DNA from: an uncultured SAR86 cluster bacterium
GTDB taxonomy: Bacteria > Pseudomonadota > Gammaproteobacteria > Magnimaribacterales > D2472
Assembly (NCBI GenBank): GCA_902513515.1
Contig: CABXNE010000002.1
Coordinates: 5,023 to 69,022, forward strand
DNA: 64,000 nucleotides
Reading direction: 5' to 3'
Both the position numbers and the translations under genes were made by a program. Below are positions 1-10,004 of the stretch, piece after piece; position 1 is the first letter of the stretch, and the number at the start of each line of letters is the position of its first letter. The notes beneath the pieces are model-generated. The model ran no database searches. It was not told the origin of the DNA and saw only the letters and a program-made list of their open reading frames with translations.

Positions 1-267
1 GGTGGAGAAGAATTTTTGGCAATCCTTTATCTTGATCCTGATCAAGCAAAGGAATTTTGTACCAAATTAATTAAAAAAATTAATAATAATGTTGTTAATT
101 TTGAGGGTACAGACATCAAGATAAGTTCAAGTGGCGGCGTTGCCTTTTCAACAGAAACTGAAACCTCTGCTGATTTGACCAACAAAGCTGATGAAAGGCT
201 TTATGAAGCTAAAAAGGATGGTAGAAATAGATTTAAATTAATTGATAGTGAGTTAGTAGGAGACTAA
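1..267 (+). CDS. GGDEF-domain diguanylate cyclase, C-terminal fragment (5' end outside the window)
   Basis: The window opens in-frame on codons for GGEEF (ggtggagaagaattt), the diguanylate cyclase active-site motif. RLYEAKKDGRNRF downstream is the usual end of a GGDEF domain. The ORF track starts it only at an internal Met (16). Confidence 0.85.
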   Translation, partial: GGEEFLAILYLDPDQAKEFCTKLIKKINNNVVNFEGTDIKISSSGGVAFSTETETSADLTNKADERLYEAKKDGRNRFKLIDSELVGD

Positions 268-271
268 TAAA

Positions 272-637
272 ATGGCAAAATTACTATATGTTGAAGACAA
301 TGAAATGAATCGAGATATGTTATCTCGAAGGCTTTCACGAAGAGGCTATGAAATTATTATGGCATTCGACGGTCAAGCGGGTCTTGATATGATGAGGAGC
401 GAAGCTCCTGATCTTGTTCTCATGGATATGGGTTTGCCTGTTTTGGATGGTTGGGAAGCGACAATCCAGGCTAAAGCTGATGAATCTATTAGTTCTATTC
501 CAATTATTGCCTTAACTGCTCATGCTTTAGAATCTGATAAGCAAAAAGCATTAGAGTGTGGAGCAGATGATTTTGATACCAAGCCTGTAGATTTTAAAAG
601 ATTGCTCGGTAAAATTGAGGCGCTTGTAGGTTCTTAG
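272..637 (+). CDS. single-domain response regulator (CheY-like receiver)
   Basis: 121 aa with receiver hallmarks: N-terminal acidic VEDN, phospho-acceptor context DLVLMDMGLPVLDG, ALTAHA, and the conserved Lys in DTKP. There is no output domain. Confidence 0.9.
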   Translation: MAKLLYVEDNEMNRDMLSRRLSRRGYEIIMAFDGQAGLDMMRSEAPDLVLMDMGLPVLDGWEATIQAKADESISSIPIIALTAHALESDKQKALECGADDFDTKPVDFKRLLGKIEALVGS

Positions 638-3612
638 TTATTTATAATTCCTTGGATCATTTGTGAAAGTTTATCCATAGACACATCGTCTTTTTTAACT
701 AGACCGATAACTCTCTCTTTTAGAAGATCTTCCTGTACATCGGTTAAATCCTTTCCAGAAAAAACAAGCACTGGCGCTCTTTTTTCTTCGGGTACATCTT
801 TAATGTATTGATCTAAAAACTCAAATCCATCCATTCTAGGCATTTCTAAATCTAAGATTATTAATGCAGGTTCATCCTTGGTTCGTTCAAGACCCTCTTT
901 GCCATCTCTTGCATCTATTGGTCTATATCCAGCATCCTTTAGCAACCTTGTAAGAAGTTCTCTTACATCTTTATCGTCATCTATTACTAGTACTTTTTGA
1001 TTTTGATTGTCAGTCCCTAATATTCTTTTCAATGTATTAATAAAGTGTGTTCGATCGATTGGCTTGGTTAGATAATCATTTGCACCAAGAGAGGAGGCGA
1101 GATTTGACTGGTTGAGTTGGCTAATCATAATTACTGGAATGTCCTTTAGCTCTTGATCAGTCTTACATTCTTTGAGCAGAGACCATCCATCACGCCCAGG
1201 CATCAAGACATCAAGCAAGATAAGTTTTGGTTTAACTTCTCGAATAAGCTCCATTCCTTTTTCACTATTTGTAGCCCCAAGCAATGTTAGGTTTAATTTA
1301 GAAATAGTCCTTTTGATTAAATCATGCATGGCTACATCATCATCAACCAATACAACAAGATTATCTTGATCATCTAGATTAATTACGCTGCCTTCAACTT
1401 CATCCTCATTATATTCAGGGCACTCTCGTGGAACCGACATAGTAAATACTGAGCCCACACCTTCTTCGCTGGTTACTATCACGTCTCCACCCATGATCTC
1501 TGCAAATTTCTTTGATATTGGAAGCCCCAAGCCTGTACCACCATAATTTGCTGATGTTGATCGTTCTGCTTGAGTATATTCCTCAAATACTTTAGCAACA
1601 CCCTCAGGACTCATACCAGCACCAGTGTCAATAACTGCAAAATCAACAAACTCTATATCATCAACAATTCTAGCTTTTACATCCAGGGTAACTGTTCCAT
1701 TTTTAGTAAATTTAAAACCATTGCTTAAAAAATTGGTTAAACACTGTCTCAATTTTGTTTCATCTTGTGACATGGAACCCATAGCGCCATCCAGATTAAT
1801 CACAAAGCCATTATCATTTTTTGCTGCTAGCGGCTCAGAAACATCTTTGATTGTTTGAATCATATTTTCAATCTCAAAGCTGGTAACAAAAAGTTCCATT
1901 TTTCCTGCTTCGATTTTTGAAAGATCTAAAATATTGTTAATTAAAGATAAAAGGTGAGTTCCTGATGAAGTGATTTTTTTAAGATCTGGAAGAAGGTCAT
2001 CATATCCTAGGTCTTCACAGTCTTCATAAAGCATTTCTCCATAACCAAGAATTGCATTTAATGGAGTTCTTAACTCATGACTCATATTTGCAAAGAATTT
2101 TGTTTTTTGATCACTGGCATCTCTAGCCTCATCTCGAGCAGTCTCCATTTCACTGGTTCTAGCATCTATCAGACCATTAACCTCATCAGACATTCTTGAG
2201 AAAGCAACCAACATTAACTCAACGGATGCTTCTTCACTGGAATTTTTATCAGAACTATTTGCAAGCTCATTCATTTTTTTAATATCATTGAGAATGAGGG
2301 TTCTTGCACTTCCATCAAGTTGATCGGCTAGTGCTGACATTTTTTCAATGATTACCTCATCTCGCTCATGTCTTCGTTTTGCCTGTTCTTCTCTGATAGA
2401 TTCCATTTCAACCAAATGAGACTTGTAAGTTCCTAGTGCGGCTGAGAGTTGACCAACCTCATCAGTTTCTGATGCAAGCATTCCTTTTCTTACAGGCATT
2501 TCTTGGGTATGGTCACCTTTGGTAAGTCCTTCAAGCACCTCAATGGCCTTGGTAATACCGCCAAAGGTACGAGTTGTAATAAAGGCTATAAGAGAAATAA
2601 TGAATATTACAAATGATATGGCAGCTATGTAAGTTAGATTTAGTACATTAGCTGCTCTTAGTATATTTTCTCTTTCATCTTTAAAAATAAATAGTTGAGC
2701 TTCATCTGCAGATAGAAATGTGCTTAAAGGAAGAAGTGTAACCGAGGTTCCAAGCTCTGTATCTTTCTCAGAGTGACGAGAACCATTTATCTCTTTAAAT
2801 GAAAAAGCTTTATCAGTTAATTTATTGAAGTTCTCAATGTCAAAAAGATTATCATCTGTATCACCAAATTGTTGATAGTAATCATTGAGAGATATTAAAC
2901 CAGAGTCAGTGCTAATAGCAGTTCTAACCTCAAACTCATCTTCAAAAACTTCCAACCCTTTTCTTATATCTACGCCCAAAGCAATAACAGCTAAAGTCTG
3001 ACCTTCAACTTTGATTGGAAAGCTAAGCGCTTGATTTAAAGTGGATGCTTGTTCACCATTCTTATCTTTAATTTTAACAATTGATTGTCTGGGTCTGGTA
3101 GAAGAATCTTTAAGAAAGGAATCTAGGTAACTAAAAAAATCTGGACGAGCTGCGGGGGAGCATGGATCAACACCCAATAGATCTAAGGCGCTTCCGCAAT
3201 AAATTCTTTCACCAGAAGGGAAATAGGCCATGACATAACTTAAATTTCCATAATCAAGCTCTTCTTCAAAAAATAGTTCAATCAAATATTGAGCATCACC
3301 AATTCTATCAGCGCTAATAGTGTCTAGAAGAGGGTTAGTAAATATATTGCTGGAATCTACTTCATCTAAGAAAATTTCAGAATCGGGGTCCCAAAAAGAA
3401 GCATTCTCTCCAGTTACTGGAAGCCACTTTGACATAACATCGAAAGATTTATTGTAGGTTTGGTACCATGCAGACTCGTAGAGAGTTAACAGGGATTCAT
3501 TTGATGAGTCCTCTTGAATATTTTCTCTATATCCAAAAGAAAATATGAATATAGCCGCAACAAGAACATTACCAATTACCCCAAATAAAAGTAACTGGAG
3601 TCTTATAGGCAT
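634..3612 (-). CDS. hybrid sensor histidine kinase (TM - ~300-aa periplasmic domain - TM - HAMP - HisKA - HATPase - REC - REC)
   Basis: N-terminal hydrophobic segment and a second one near residue 330. H-box SHELRTPLNAILGY; ATPase G-boxes DTGAGM and GGTGLGL. Two receiver domains (LILLDVLMPGRDGW and LIILDLEMPRMDGF). The stop overlaps the stop of the REC gene by 4 nt (convergent). Confidence 0.9.
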   Translation of the reverse strand: MPIRLQLLLFGVIGNVLVAAIFIFSFGYRENIQEDSSNESLLTLYESAWYQTYNKSFDVMSKWLPVTGENASFWDPDSEIFLDEVDSSNIFTNPLLDTISADRIGDAQYLIELFFEEELDYGNLSYVMAYFPSGERIYCGSALDLLGVDPCSPAARPDFFSYLDSFLKDSSTRPRQSIVKIKDKNGEQASTLNQALSFPIKVEGQTLAVIALGVDIRKGLEVFEDEFEVRTAISTDSGLISLNDYYQQFGDTDDNLFDIENFNKLTDKAFSFKEINGSRHSEKDTELGTSVTLLPLSTFLSADEAQLFIFKDERENILRAANVLNLTYIAAISFVIFIISLIAFITTRTFGGITKAIEVLEGLTKGDHTQEMPVRKGMLASETDEVGQLSAALGTYKSHLVEMESIREEQAKRRHERDEVIIEKMSALADQLDGSARTLILNDIKKMNELANSSDKNSSEEASVELMLVAFSRMSDEVNGLIDARTSEMETARDEARDASDQKTKFFANMSHELRTPLNAILGYGEMLYEDCEDLGYDDLLPDLKKITSSGTHLLSLINNILDLSKIEAGKMELFVTSFEIENMIQTIKDVSEPLAAKNDNGFVINLDGAMGSMSQDETKLRQCLTNFLSNGFKFTKNGTVTLDVKARIVDDIEFVDFAVIDTGAGMSPEGVAKVFEEYTQAERSTSANYGGTGLGLPISKKFAEIMGGDVIVTSEEGVGSVFTMSVPRECPEYNEDEVEGSVINLDDQDNLVVLVDDDVAMHDLIKRTISKLNLTLLGATNSEKGMELIREVKPKLILLDVLMPGRDGWSLLKECKTDQELKDIPVIMISQLNQSNLASSLGANDYLTKPIDRTHFINTLKRILGTDNQNQKVLVIDDDKDVRELLTRLLKDAGYRPIDARDGKEGLERTKDEPALIILDLEMPRMDGFEFLDQYIKDVPEEKRAPVLVFSGKDLTDVQEDLLKERVIGLVKKDDVSMDKLSQMIQGIINN

Positions 3613-3642
3613 ATTATCCTTCGTCTATATTTAAACTAAGAG

Positions 3643-4017
3643 TTAGTTAGCAAGTCTAAAAGTTAAATCAATTTGAACATTGTTAACTTTTACTGACGTT
3701 CCATTGTAAGTAGGAGGTTGATATAAGAATTTTCTTACAGCCTTGATTGCCGCTCTATCAAATACCCCAGCTGGACTACTTTCTACAACATATGGATCTA
3801 AAACAGAGCCATCTGTATCTACGTCAAACTCTAATCTAACCTGTCCCTCGACGCCTAATCTTATAGCTCTTCTTGGATATTCGGGTGAAGGGCTAGAAAC
3901 TCGGGTTACTTCGATTTCCGTACCTTCTTCTCCAACATATCCTTTATCACCACCAAAGACAGGTAAAACAAGCAAAAATGCAAAAACAAAAACTGAGAGG
4001 TAATTTAAATATTTCAT
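3643..4017 (-). CDS. TonB C-terminal-domain protein (short, signal/anchor sequence, no Pro-rich spacer)
   Basis: N-terminal hydrophobic leader. PEYPRRAIRLGVEGQVRLEFDVDTDGSV and the following YQPP resemble the TonB_C fold signature. Confidence 0.7.
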   Translation of the reverse strand: MKYLNYLSVFVFAFLLVLPVFGGDKGYVGEEGTEIEVTRVSSPSPEYPRRAIRLGVEGQVRLEFDVDTDGSVLDPYVVESSPAGVFDRAAIKAVRKFLYQPPTYNGTSVKVNNVQIDLTFRLAN

Positions 4018-4155
4018 ATTGGTTTTATGTTGTTATAGTTATATAAGTAATAGTTAAAAGTGCTTTATTGTACCTTTATAATACCAAGAAATCAGTTGGG
4101 GTGTTAATATCTTTAGCAGAATTGTTACACAGCTACCGCATATCTAAGTAAAAAC

Positions 4156-4557
4156 ATGAAAAAAGTAAAAGATCATTTAAATGAGCAGAAATATTGGGAC
4201 ATATTTACTATCCGAGAAGATGCAAATTTATTTGATGCTGCAGCTTTAATGAATAAAAATAAGATCGGAGCTTTGATGATTAGCGAAAATGGTTCAGAGG
4301 ATCATCTTTCTAAATCATCTGTTGTCGGTATTTTAACTGAAAGAGATCTTGTTTATGCTTTGTCTGGAGGACCTAAGACACTGGAATCGAAAACTGTAAA
4401 AGATGTAATGACAAGGAAGTTAATTTTTACTTGCCCTGACACCTCTAATTCAGAAGCTAAAAAACTTATGCTTGAGAATCAAATTAGACATTTACCAGTC
4501 TTCTCAGGCGAGCACCTTGTTGGCATTATTTCAATGAGAGACGTTTTTAAAGCTTAG
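4156..4557 (+). CDS. CBS-domain pair protein
   Basis: 133 aa with two CBS-like repeats (GALMISE...GILTERDLV and IRHLPVF...GIISMRDV). Confidence 0.8.
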   Translation: MKKVKDHLNEQKYWDIFTIREDANLFDAAALMNKNKIGALMISENGSEDHLSKSSVVGILTERDLVYALSGGPKTLESKTVKDVMTRKLIFTCPDTSNSEAKKLMLENQIRHLPVFSGEHLVGIISMRDVFKA

Positions 4558-4571
4558 ATCTCTATAACTAT

Positions 4572-5912
4572 ATGAATTTATTTCAGCGGTTTTCATATAC
4601 TGCATTGAATCTTCCTACATCTGCTGCTGGAATGCCGATGTTTATTTTTATATTACCTTTCTACGCAGATGACATGGGTCTAGGTTTGTCTTTGGTGGGT
4701 ATTATTTTTTTCTTTGGTCGATTTATAGATATCTTAACTGACCCAGTGATGGGGGTATTAATTGATAAATTTCCATCAAGATGGGGTAAACACAAACTCT
4801 GGATTTTTTTATCAGCGCCGATATTCATGCTTGCAACATATGTGATATTTCTTCCACCCATAGAACAGCCTACAGGATTGTATTTTTTTGGTGGATTATT
4901 TCTTATATATTCTGCTTTTACTTTAAGTAGTATTACCCAGTTATCTTGGGCATCTTTTCTTGCTCCAAACTATGATGATAGAACCAAGCTATTAACTCTT
5001 AGAGAACTTATGGCTCTAATAGGAATGTTCTCAGTTATTGCTATACCTGCAATTGTAGAAATTAATGATCCATCACTTCAAGCAAAGGTAAATGCAATTG
5101 GCATTTTTGTTTTAATTTGTATACCAGTGATAACTCTTAATGCTCTCAAGCATGTACCTGATTCTATGGAGACTATTTCTAAAGAAAATTTAAATAATCC
5201 CTTTAAAGAATTTAGAAGCTTATTGAGTAATAAAATGCTTAATAAAGTGGTTTCTGCAGCAGTGCTCATAGCTTTCTGCATGAGTTTGAATGGAGCATTA
5301 TATTTAATTTGGATGGAGGTAGTTATTGAGCTGCCTGAATATTCATCAAGATTAATGCTGGCTTATTATATTGTAAGTGTTTTTGGCCTGTTGATTTGGA
5401 GAAACTTGGGTATAAAAACTTCAAAACATTATGCCGCAGGCGTAGCTTGCATATATGCAATTGTGGTCTTACTAATAGGTTTTGCTGGATATTGGTATAT
5501 AAAAGATTTAGAAGATTTACCAAAATTAATTGGTGTAGGATCTTTTATTGTTTTGTATGGATTTGCTTTTTCTGGACCATTGCCATTGATCAACGCAATT
5601 ACTGCAGATATTTCAGACAAGTTAAATCTTGAAGGGGGTAAAAATATCTCAGGAACAGTTTTTTCCTATTTAACCACATTAACAAAAGTTGGATTTGCGC
5701 TTGCTGCTGTTGTGCCGTATGTAGTTCTGGAAATGCTTTGGGGTTTTGATATTAGTTTAGGTATGGAAAATAGCAGCTCTTCTAAAATGGCAATTTTTTA
5801 TATCTATACTTTTGTACCAATTATTAGTTATTCTATTGCGGCATATTTATTATTTTCTCACTCATTGAGTAGAGAAGAGCATGCAAAAATAAAAGCAAGT
5901 TTACAAAACTAA
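4572..5912 (+). CDS. MFS transporter, glycoside-pentoside-hexuronide (GPH/MFS_2)-like
   Basis: Polytopic 446-aa protein. [29 protein letters not shown] matches the GPH loop 2-3 signature (R-x-D-x-x-x-DP-x-x-G...G-[KR]-x-[KR]-x-W). Confidence 0.7.
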   Translation: MNLFQRFSYTALNLPTSAAGMPMFIFILPFYADDMGLGLSLVGIIFFFGRFIDILTDPVMGVLIDKFPSRWGKHKLWIFLSAPIFMLATYVIFLPPIEQPTGLYFFGGLFLIYSAFTLSSITQLSWASFLAPNYDDRTKLLTLRELMALIGMFSVIAIPAIVEINDPSLQAKVNAIGIFVLICIPVITLNALKHVPDSMETISKENLNNPFKEFRSLLSNKMLNKVVSAAVLIAFCMSLNGALYLIWMEVVIELPEYSSRLMLAYYIVSVFGLLIWRNLGIKTSKHYAAGVACIYAIVVLLIGFAGYWYIKDLEDLPKLIGVGSFIVLYGFAFSGPLPLINAITADISDKLNLEGGKNISGTVFSYLTTLTKVGFALAAVVPYVVLEMLWGFDISLGMENSSSSKMAIFYIYTFVPIISYSIAAYLLFSHSLSREEHAKIKASLQN

Positions 5913-5914
5913 TT

Positions 5915-6085
5915 ATGAATTTTAAAAAATATGAATGTGTTATTTGTGGATATATCTATGATGAAGAATTAGGAGATCCAGATGACGGCATTCCCGCTGG
6001 AACAAAATGGGAAGATATTCCTGATGATTGGATTTGCCCAGAATGTGGTGTAAGTAAGTTTGATTTTGAGCCCCTTGATTCATAG
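5915..6085 (+). CDS. rubredoxin (56 aa; absent from the supplied ORF track because it is under 60 aa)
   Basis: My translation: [56 protein letters not shown]. It has the two CxxCG knuckles (CVICG, CPECG) and the rubredoxin core GxxPGTxFxxLPxxWxCPxCG. The ATG is 2 nt after the transporter stop. Confidence 0.9.
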   Translation: MNFKKYECVICGYIYDEELGDPDDGIPAGTKWEDIPDDWICPECGVSKFDFEPLDS

Positions 6086-6115
6086 AGCTTTTATATTTTA
6101 TAGCCTAAATATTAT

Positions 6116-7081
6116 CTACTTTGTTTGATCAGCATAGAAAGTTGCAAAATGCTTTCTAAATTTAGCAATTGGACCATCTGAATCGCATAGGACAGGTTTG
6201 GATGCATATTTCTTATTTTCCCAAACCGGTATATCTTCTTTAACTTGCTTATTTATGTCGGCAATAATTGCAGCACCAACTCCACCAGTTGGAACCTCTC
6301 CATTAACTTTCTTTTGAAGAAAAGAGAATCTTGTAATAACTTCTTCATTTTCAGTAGGAGTTGTTGAGCCTAAAAGCAAAGTGTCACATATACCTTCAAA
6401 CTTTGTAAAATTATCACCTGGACCATTTGAAGCTCCTGATATTTTTCCTTTAACAGTGCCTTTTGGTGTAATCATGTCAGCTTTTTGGTAAAAAAATCTT
6501 TTTTGATCTTTATAAGTAACTTCAAATTCTGGATATGAAGCGACTCCATGAACATACATAAAATGAGCAGCATCAACAGCATTTTCTGCCATATCCTGTA
6601 TATGGCATTTGATGCGATATTCAAACTTTTCAAATTTATCACCCCACTCAGGATCATTAATTTCTGGATAAGTTTCTACCTCATAATGAGGCTCTTCACC
6701 ATTTGGATGATACCAAGCATATATTAAGTTATTCCGCTCAATAGTTGGATATGTAAATATTTTAGTTTCTTTAGCTTTTGGGGGAATATTTTTTGCATAG
6801 GGTATTTCTCCAATTTTTCCATCTGTCTTCCATCTCCATGCATGAAAGGGACACTCAATACATTCACCATCTACAATACCCCCATGACCAAGGTGAGCTC
6901 CTAAATGAGGGCAGTATGCATCTAACATACTCACCTGACCTGATTCAGTCCTAAATAGGACTTGATCTTGAGCGAAATAGCGCACTGCTTTAACATCACC
7001 TGGTTTGAGCTCATCTGAATAATCAACAGCGTACCAACCGAATGGAATTTGTAACATTGAATATCTTTGTTTTTCACTCAT
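6116..7081 (-). CDS. Rieske [2Fe-2S] non-haem-iron oxygenase, alpha-subunit type (KshA/phthalate-family-like)
   Basis: Rieske motif CPHLGAHLGHGG...CPFHAWRW. Mononuclear iron motif E-x3-D-x2-H-x4-H in ENAVDAAHFMYVH. No beta subunit or reductase is adjacent. Confidence 0.85.
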   Translation of the reverse strand: MSEKQRYSMLQIPFGWYAVDYSDELKPGDVKAVRYFAQDQVLFRTESGQVSMLDAYCPHLGAHLGHGGIVDGECIECPFHAWRWKTDGKIGEIPYAKNIPPKAKETKIFTYPTIERNNLIYAWYHPNGEEPHYEVETYPEINDPEWGDKFEKFEYRIKCHIQDMAENAVDAAHFMYVHGVASYPEFEVTYKDQKRFFYQKADMITPKGTVKGKISGASNGPGDNFTKFEGICDTLLLGSTTPTENEEVITRFSFLQKKVNGEVPTGGVGAAIIADINKQVKEDIPVWENKKYASKPVLCDSDGPIAKFRKHFATFYADQTK

Positions 7082-7106
7082 AGCTTGTGGTATTTTTTAT
7101 GATTAA

Positions 7107-7982
7107 TTATATCTCTAATTTAAGGACCCTTTTTGCATTCTCTCCCAAAAATAATGGCCATACATCTTCGTTAAAAGGAACATCATTCATTTCGTTGAAA
7201 ATTTTATCTAAGGATAAGCCCATTGGGAAATATCCCGCATACATAATTTTGTTTTTCCCGCGCGTATTTGCAAAATTAATAATGTCTTCGGGATAATGTT
7301 TTGGTGAGAATGCACTAGTTGAATAATACAAATTTGGATATTTGAGCATTAATTTGCATGCTAGAGCTGTCCAAGGCTCCGCTCCATGACGCATAACAAA
7401 TTTTAATTCTGGAAAATACCAGCAAACCTCATCTATTAACTCAACTTTTTGAGGTGCCATTGGAATTCTTGGGCCAGGAACACCAACACAACAGAAAAAT
7501 GGTAAGTCTAACTCAACACACATCTCGTATATTGGATGCCACTTTTGGTCGTTGATTGCAACCTGAGGATACATGCCAGACGGGAATGCGCTCACAGCTT
7601 TTATGCCATAAGTTTCATAATGCCTTTTAATATTTTCAGCTTCATTTTCAATATTAGGATTTACGGGGAGATCAAAAAAGAATCTATCTGTGTGATTTTT
7701 TGCAGCCTCAATTTTAACTTCTGATTTCTCATGAAACCCTATCATTGCTTGATTGATATAAAATTTATCCATTTGTTCAATTGTGAATTGGATAAAGTCA
7801 TCGTGAGATCCTGTTTCAGGTATATCTTTAAACATATACTGAGCGGGCATCTTAAACATGGATCTAGACTCTTCATCGCGAAGCAATGGTTCCATGAACT
7901 TATACCAATCTGATCTATCTTCTTGCTCAGGAATACCAAGCATGAGGTCGACAGTATGAAAGTCTTTATTAATCGCCATCAT
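7107..7982 (-). CDS. amidohydrolase-2 (ACMSD/metal-dependent hydrolase or decarboxylase) family protein
   Basis: 291 aa with overall TIM-barrel amidohydrolase_2-like pattern (FVMRHGAEPW, YAGYFP). The call is from general resemblance only. Confidence 0.5.
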   Translation of the reverse strand: MMAINKDFHTVDLMLGIPEQEDRSDWYKFMEPLLRDEESRSMFKMPAQYMFKDIPETGSHDDFIQFTIEQMDKFYINQAMIGFHEKSEVKIEAAKNHTDRFFFDLPVNPNIENEAENIKRHYETYGIKAVSAFPSGMYPQVAINDQKWHPIYEMCVELDLPFFCCVGVPGPRIPMAPQKVELIDEVCWYFPELKFVMRHGAEPWTALACKLMLKYPNLYYSTSAFSPKHYPEDIINFANTRGKNKIMYAGYFPMGLSLDKIFNEMNDVPFNEDVWPLFLGENAKRVLKLEI

Positions 7983-8079
7983 TAGATTTTAAACAATAAT
8001 CATGTAGAAATTCTTATTTTTAAAAAAAATGATGAATACTTTTATTTAACTTGACGAATAAATATCATTTGATACTCAT

Positions 8080-8856
8080 CTAGGTCATAAATTCTCCACC
8101 ATTTACATCTAAATTAGCACCAGTAATAACTTTTGCGAGATCAGAGATTAAGAATAAAGCTGCATTAGCACAATCACTATCATCAGGAATGATTCCCAAT
8201 GGAATATCTTTAGTAACGCCGTCTATTATATCTTTAGGTTCTACACCCATAGATTCAGCTGTAAAGTTTACATACATTTCAACAGGTGGACCCCACATCC
8301 ATCCCATGTAGACTGAATTAACCCTGATTCCTTTTGGTCCAAGCTCCTTTGCAAGAATTTTAGTTGCTGTAGCAAGTGCGCCTTTCGATGCTGCATAGCC
8401 ACCTTGGGTTGGCAGTGGCTTTTTAGTGATAAGGCTATTGATCATCACTATTGCCCCAGATTTATTTGGCGTCATCTCCTTGACCGCAGCCATGGTTAAA
8501 TTCATAGTTCCAAAAAAATTTGTATTCATCGTTTCTTGCCAATCAATAAAATCAGAATCTTCAATTTCCTTGAAATCACCAGCTCGGTAAGCGCTGTTAA
8601 TCAACCCATCAAGCTTCCCATATTTTTTTATTGTTTCTTGAACTAAATTTTCACAATCTTTTGGGTTCGTAATATCACAGGGGATTGCTATCACTTCTGA
8701 TTTTTTACCAATTTCATCTTTGAGTTTATTTAACAGATCAGTTGATCGGGCTGCAATGGCAATTTTCGCTCCTTCTCTGGCAGCACCATATGCAAGTTCT
8801 TGACCTAACCCTGGTCCAATACCAGAAACAATTACCACTTTATCTTTTAATAACAT
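8080..8856 (-). CDS. short-chain dehydrogenase/reductase (SDR)
   Basis: Rossmann motif VSGIGPGLG, NSAY, and catalytic YAASKGA (YxxxK). Confidence 0.9.
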   Translation of the reverse strand: MLLKDKVVIVSGIGPGLGQELAYGAAREGAKIAIAARSTDLLNKLKDEIGKKSEVIAIPCDITNPKDCENLVQETIKKYGKLDGLINSAYRAGDFKEIEDSDFIDWQETMNTNFFGTMNLTMAAVKEMTPNKSGAIVMINSLITKKPLPTQGGYAASKGALATATKILAKELGPKGIRVNSVYMGWMWGPPVEMYVNFTAESMGVEPKDIIDGVTKDIPLGIIPDDSDCANAALFLISDLAKVITGANLDVNGGEFMT

Positions 8857-8864
8857 CTTAATTC

Positions 8865-10004
8865 CTATTTTATATATTGATTTATGTATTCACTGAAGTG
8901 ACTATCAATGAATGATCCTTCTAATCCAAATTCTTCGAGTGAGTATTGATGAGCTCCCATTTCGTGTTGATTTTCTTCCTTCCAGGCCTTCATAGCATTC
9001 TCTGCTCGATCTGTAAAATCCTCACCAATAAAGTTATAAACTTCGTTCATTTCAAGAATAGGATCTTTGATCATTTTATTGAACTCAAGGTTAAGAAAAT
9101 TATCCTTATTCGAATTGCTAACTTCCATACAGTGATTTAATACTTTGGCTAATTTATGAGCCCAATGATGACCAATTTCATTTTTATCATATGAATTTGT
9201 TAAGGGTTCAAATAAATTTGCACACATTGAGCAAAATGATGGAACCGTTTTTAAAGGATCCCTGTGAGTTTGTATAACTCTTGAGTCTGGAAATACCTTT
9301 AAAAGCTTATCAATAAAGCCTAAATGATGAGGAGACTTTAAAACCCATCTTTTCTTTTCTCTTCCTGGGTTCTGCCATTGAAGGTATTGAAGCATTTTTT
9401 TTAGTTGAGCATATGCGTGAATATGATCTTGGGATTCAACCCACTGAGAATAAGAGGGAAGTCTCATAAATGATTCTGGAACTGTACTAAAAAATGTATG
9501 TTCTAAAAGTAATATTTCTTCATCTGCACCCTTATAATCCCAAGGATGAATGGTTAGAGCTTCTGGCGAAGCCTGCATAACCGCCTCAACTTCTGCCTTT
9601 CCCATCTCCATTCGTTCTTCTGGATGGCCACGAACTTCATCTTTTAGCATTGCTGGATATCTTCCTTCCCACCAAAGCATCGCTGTGTGCCTTGGATCTG
9701 ATGCAAGAAGTCTATGGGTCATTGTACTTCCTGTTCTTGGAAGCCCAACAATCACAACAGGAGAATTAATTTCTTCACTGAGTATTTCAGGACTTTGAAT
9801 ACACGCATCTTCAATTTTAAGCAAGTTAGCTAATACACCTGTTAATCTATGTTTTTGCGCTTCCATTCCAATATCATTTAAATCAGCTTCTTTATTTATT
9901 GATTGAACAAGACTTTCAAATCCATCTAAAAATAAAGGATTACCAAAATACTCTAAATTTGTTTGATTTTTTGCATCACTAATTATTTTTGTAGAATCAA
10001 GCAT
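8865..10004 (-). CDS. sulfotransferase-family protein
   Basis: PAPS 5'-phosphosulfate-binding loop-like GLPRTGSTMTHRLL and a 3'-phosphate motif-like THRDPLKTVPS. The start overlaps the upstream stop (TAATG). Confidence 0.6.
   Translation of the reverse strand: MLDSTKIISDAKNQTNLEYFGNPLFLDGFESLVQSINKEADLNDIGMEAQKHRLTGVLANLLKIEDACIQSPEILSEEINSPVVIVGLPRTGSTMTHRLLASDPRHTAMLWWEGRYPAMLKDEVRGHPEERMEMGKAEVEAVMQASPEALTIHPWDYKGADEEILLLEHTFFSTVPESFMRLPSYSQWVESQDHIHAYAQLKKMLQYLQWQNPGREKKRWVLKSPHHLGFIDKLLKVFPDSRVIQTHRDPLKTVPSFCSMCANLFEPLTNSYDKNEIGHHWAHKLAKVLNHCMEVSNSNKDNFLNLEFNKMIKDPILEMNEVYNFIGEDFTDRAENAMKAWKEENQHEMGAHQYSLEEFGLEGSFIDSHFSEYINQYIK

Noticed and set aside
1172-1858. Plus-strand ORFs 1172-1369 and 1625-1858 (65 and 77 aa) inside the hybrid kinase gene
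   Set aside because: They lie antisense to a 992-aa CDS with unmistakable HisKA/HATPase/REC motifs. Their Ser/Thr/Ile-rich translations have no motif, so they are typical shadow ORFs in AT-rich DNA.
3743-4003. Plus-strand 86-aa ORF antisense to the TonB-C gene
   Set aside because: It is wholly contained in the better-supported minus-strand CDS. The low-complexity S/T/P-rich product looks like a shadow ORF.
5323-5632. Cluster of short ORFs on both strands inside the MFS transporter gene (5323-5523, 5396-5632, 5429-5620)
   Set aside because: They overlap each other and are embedded in a 446-aa polytopic transporter CDS. There is no independent support.
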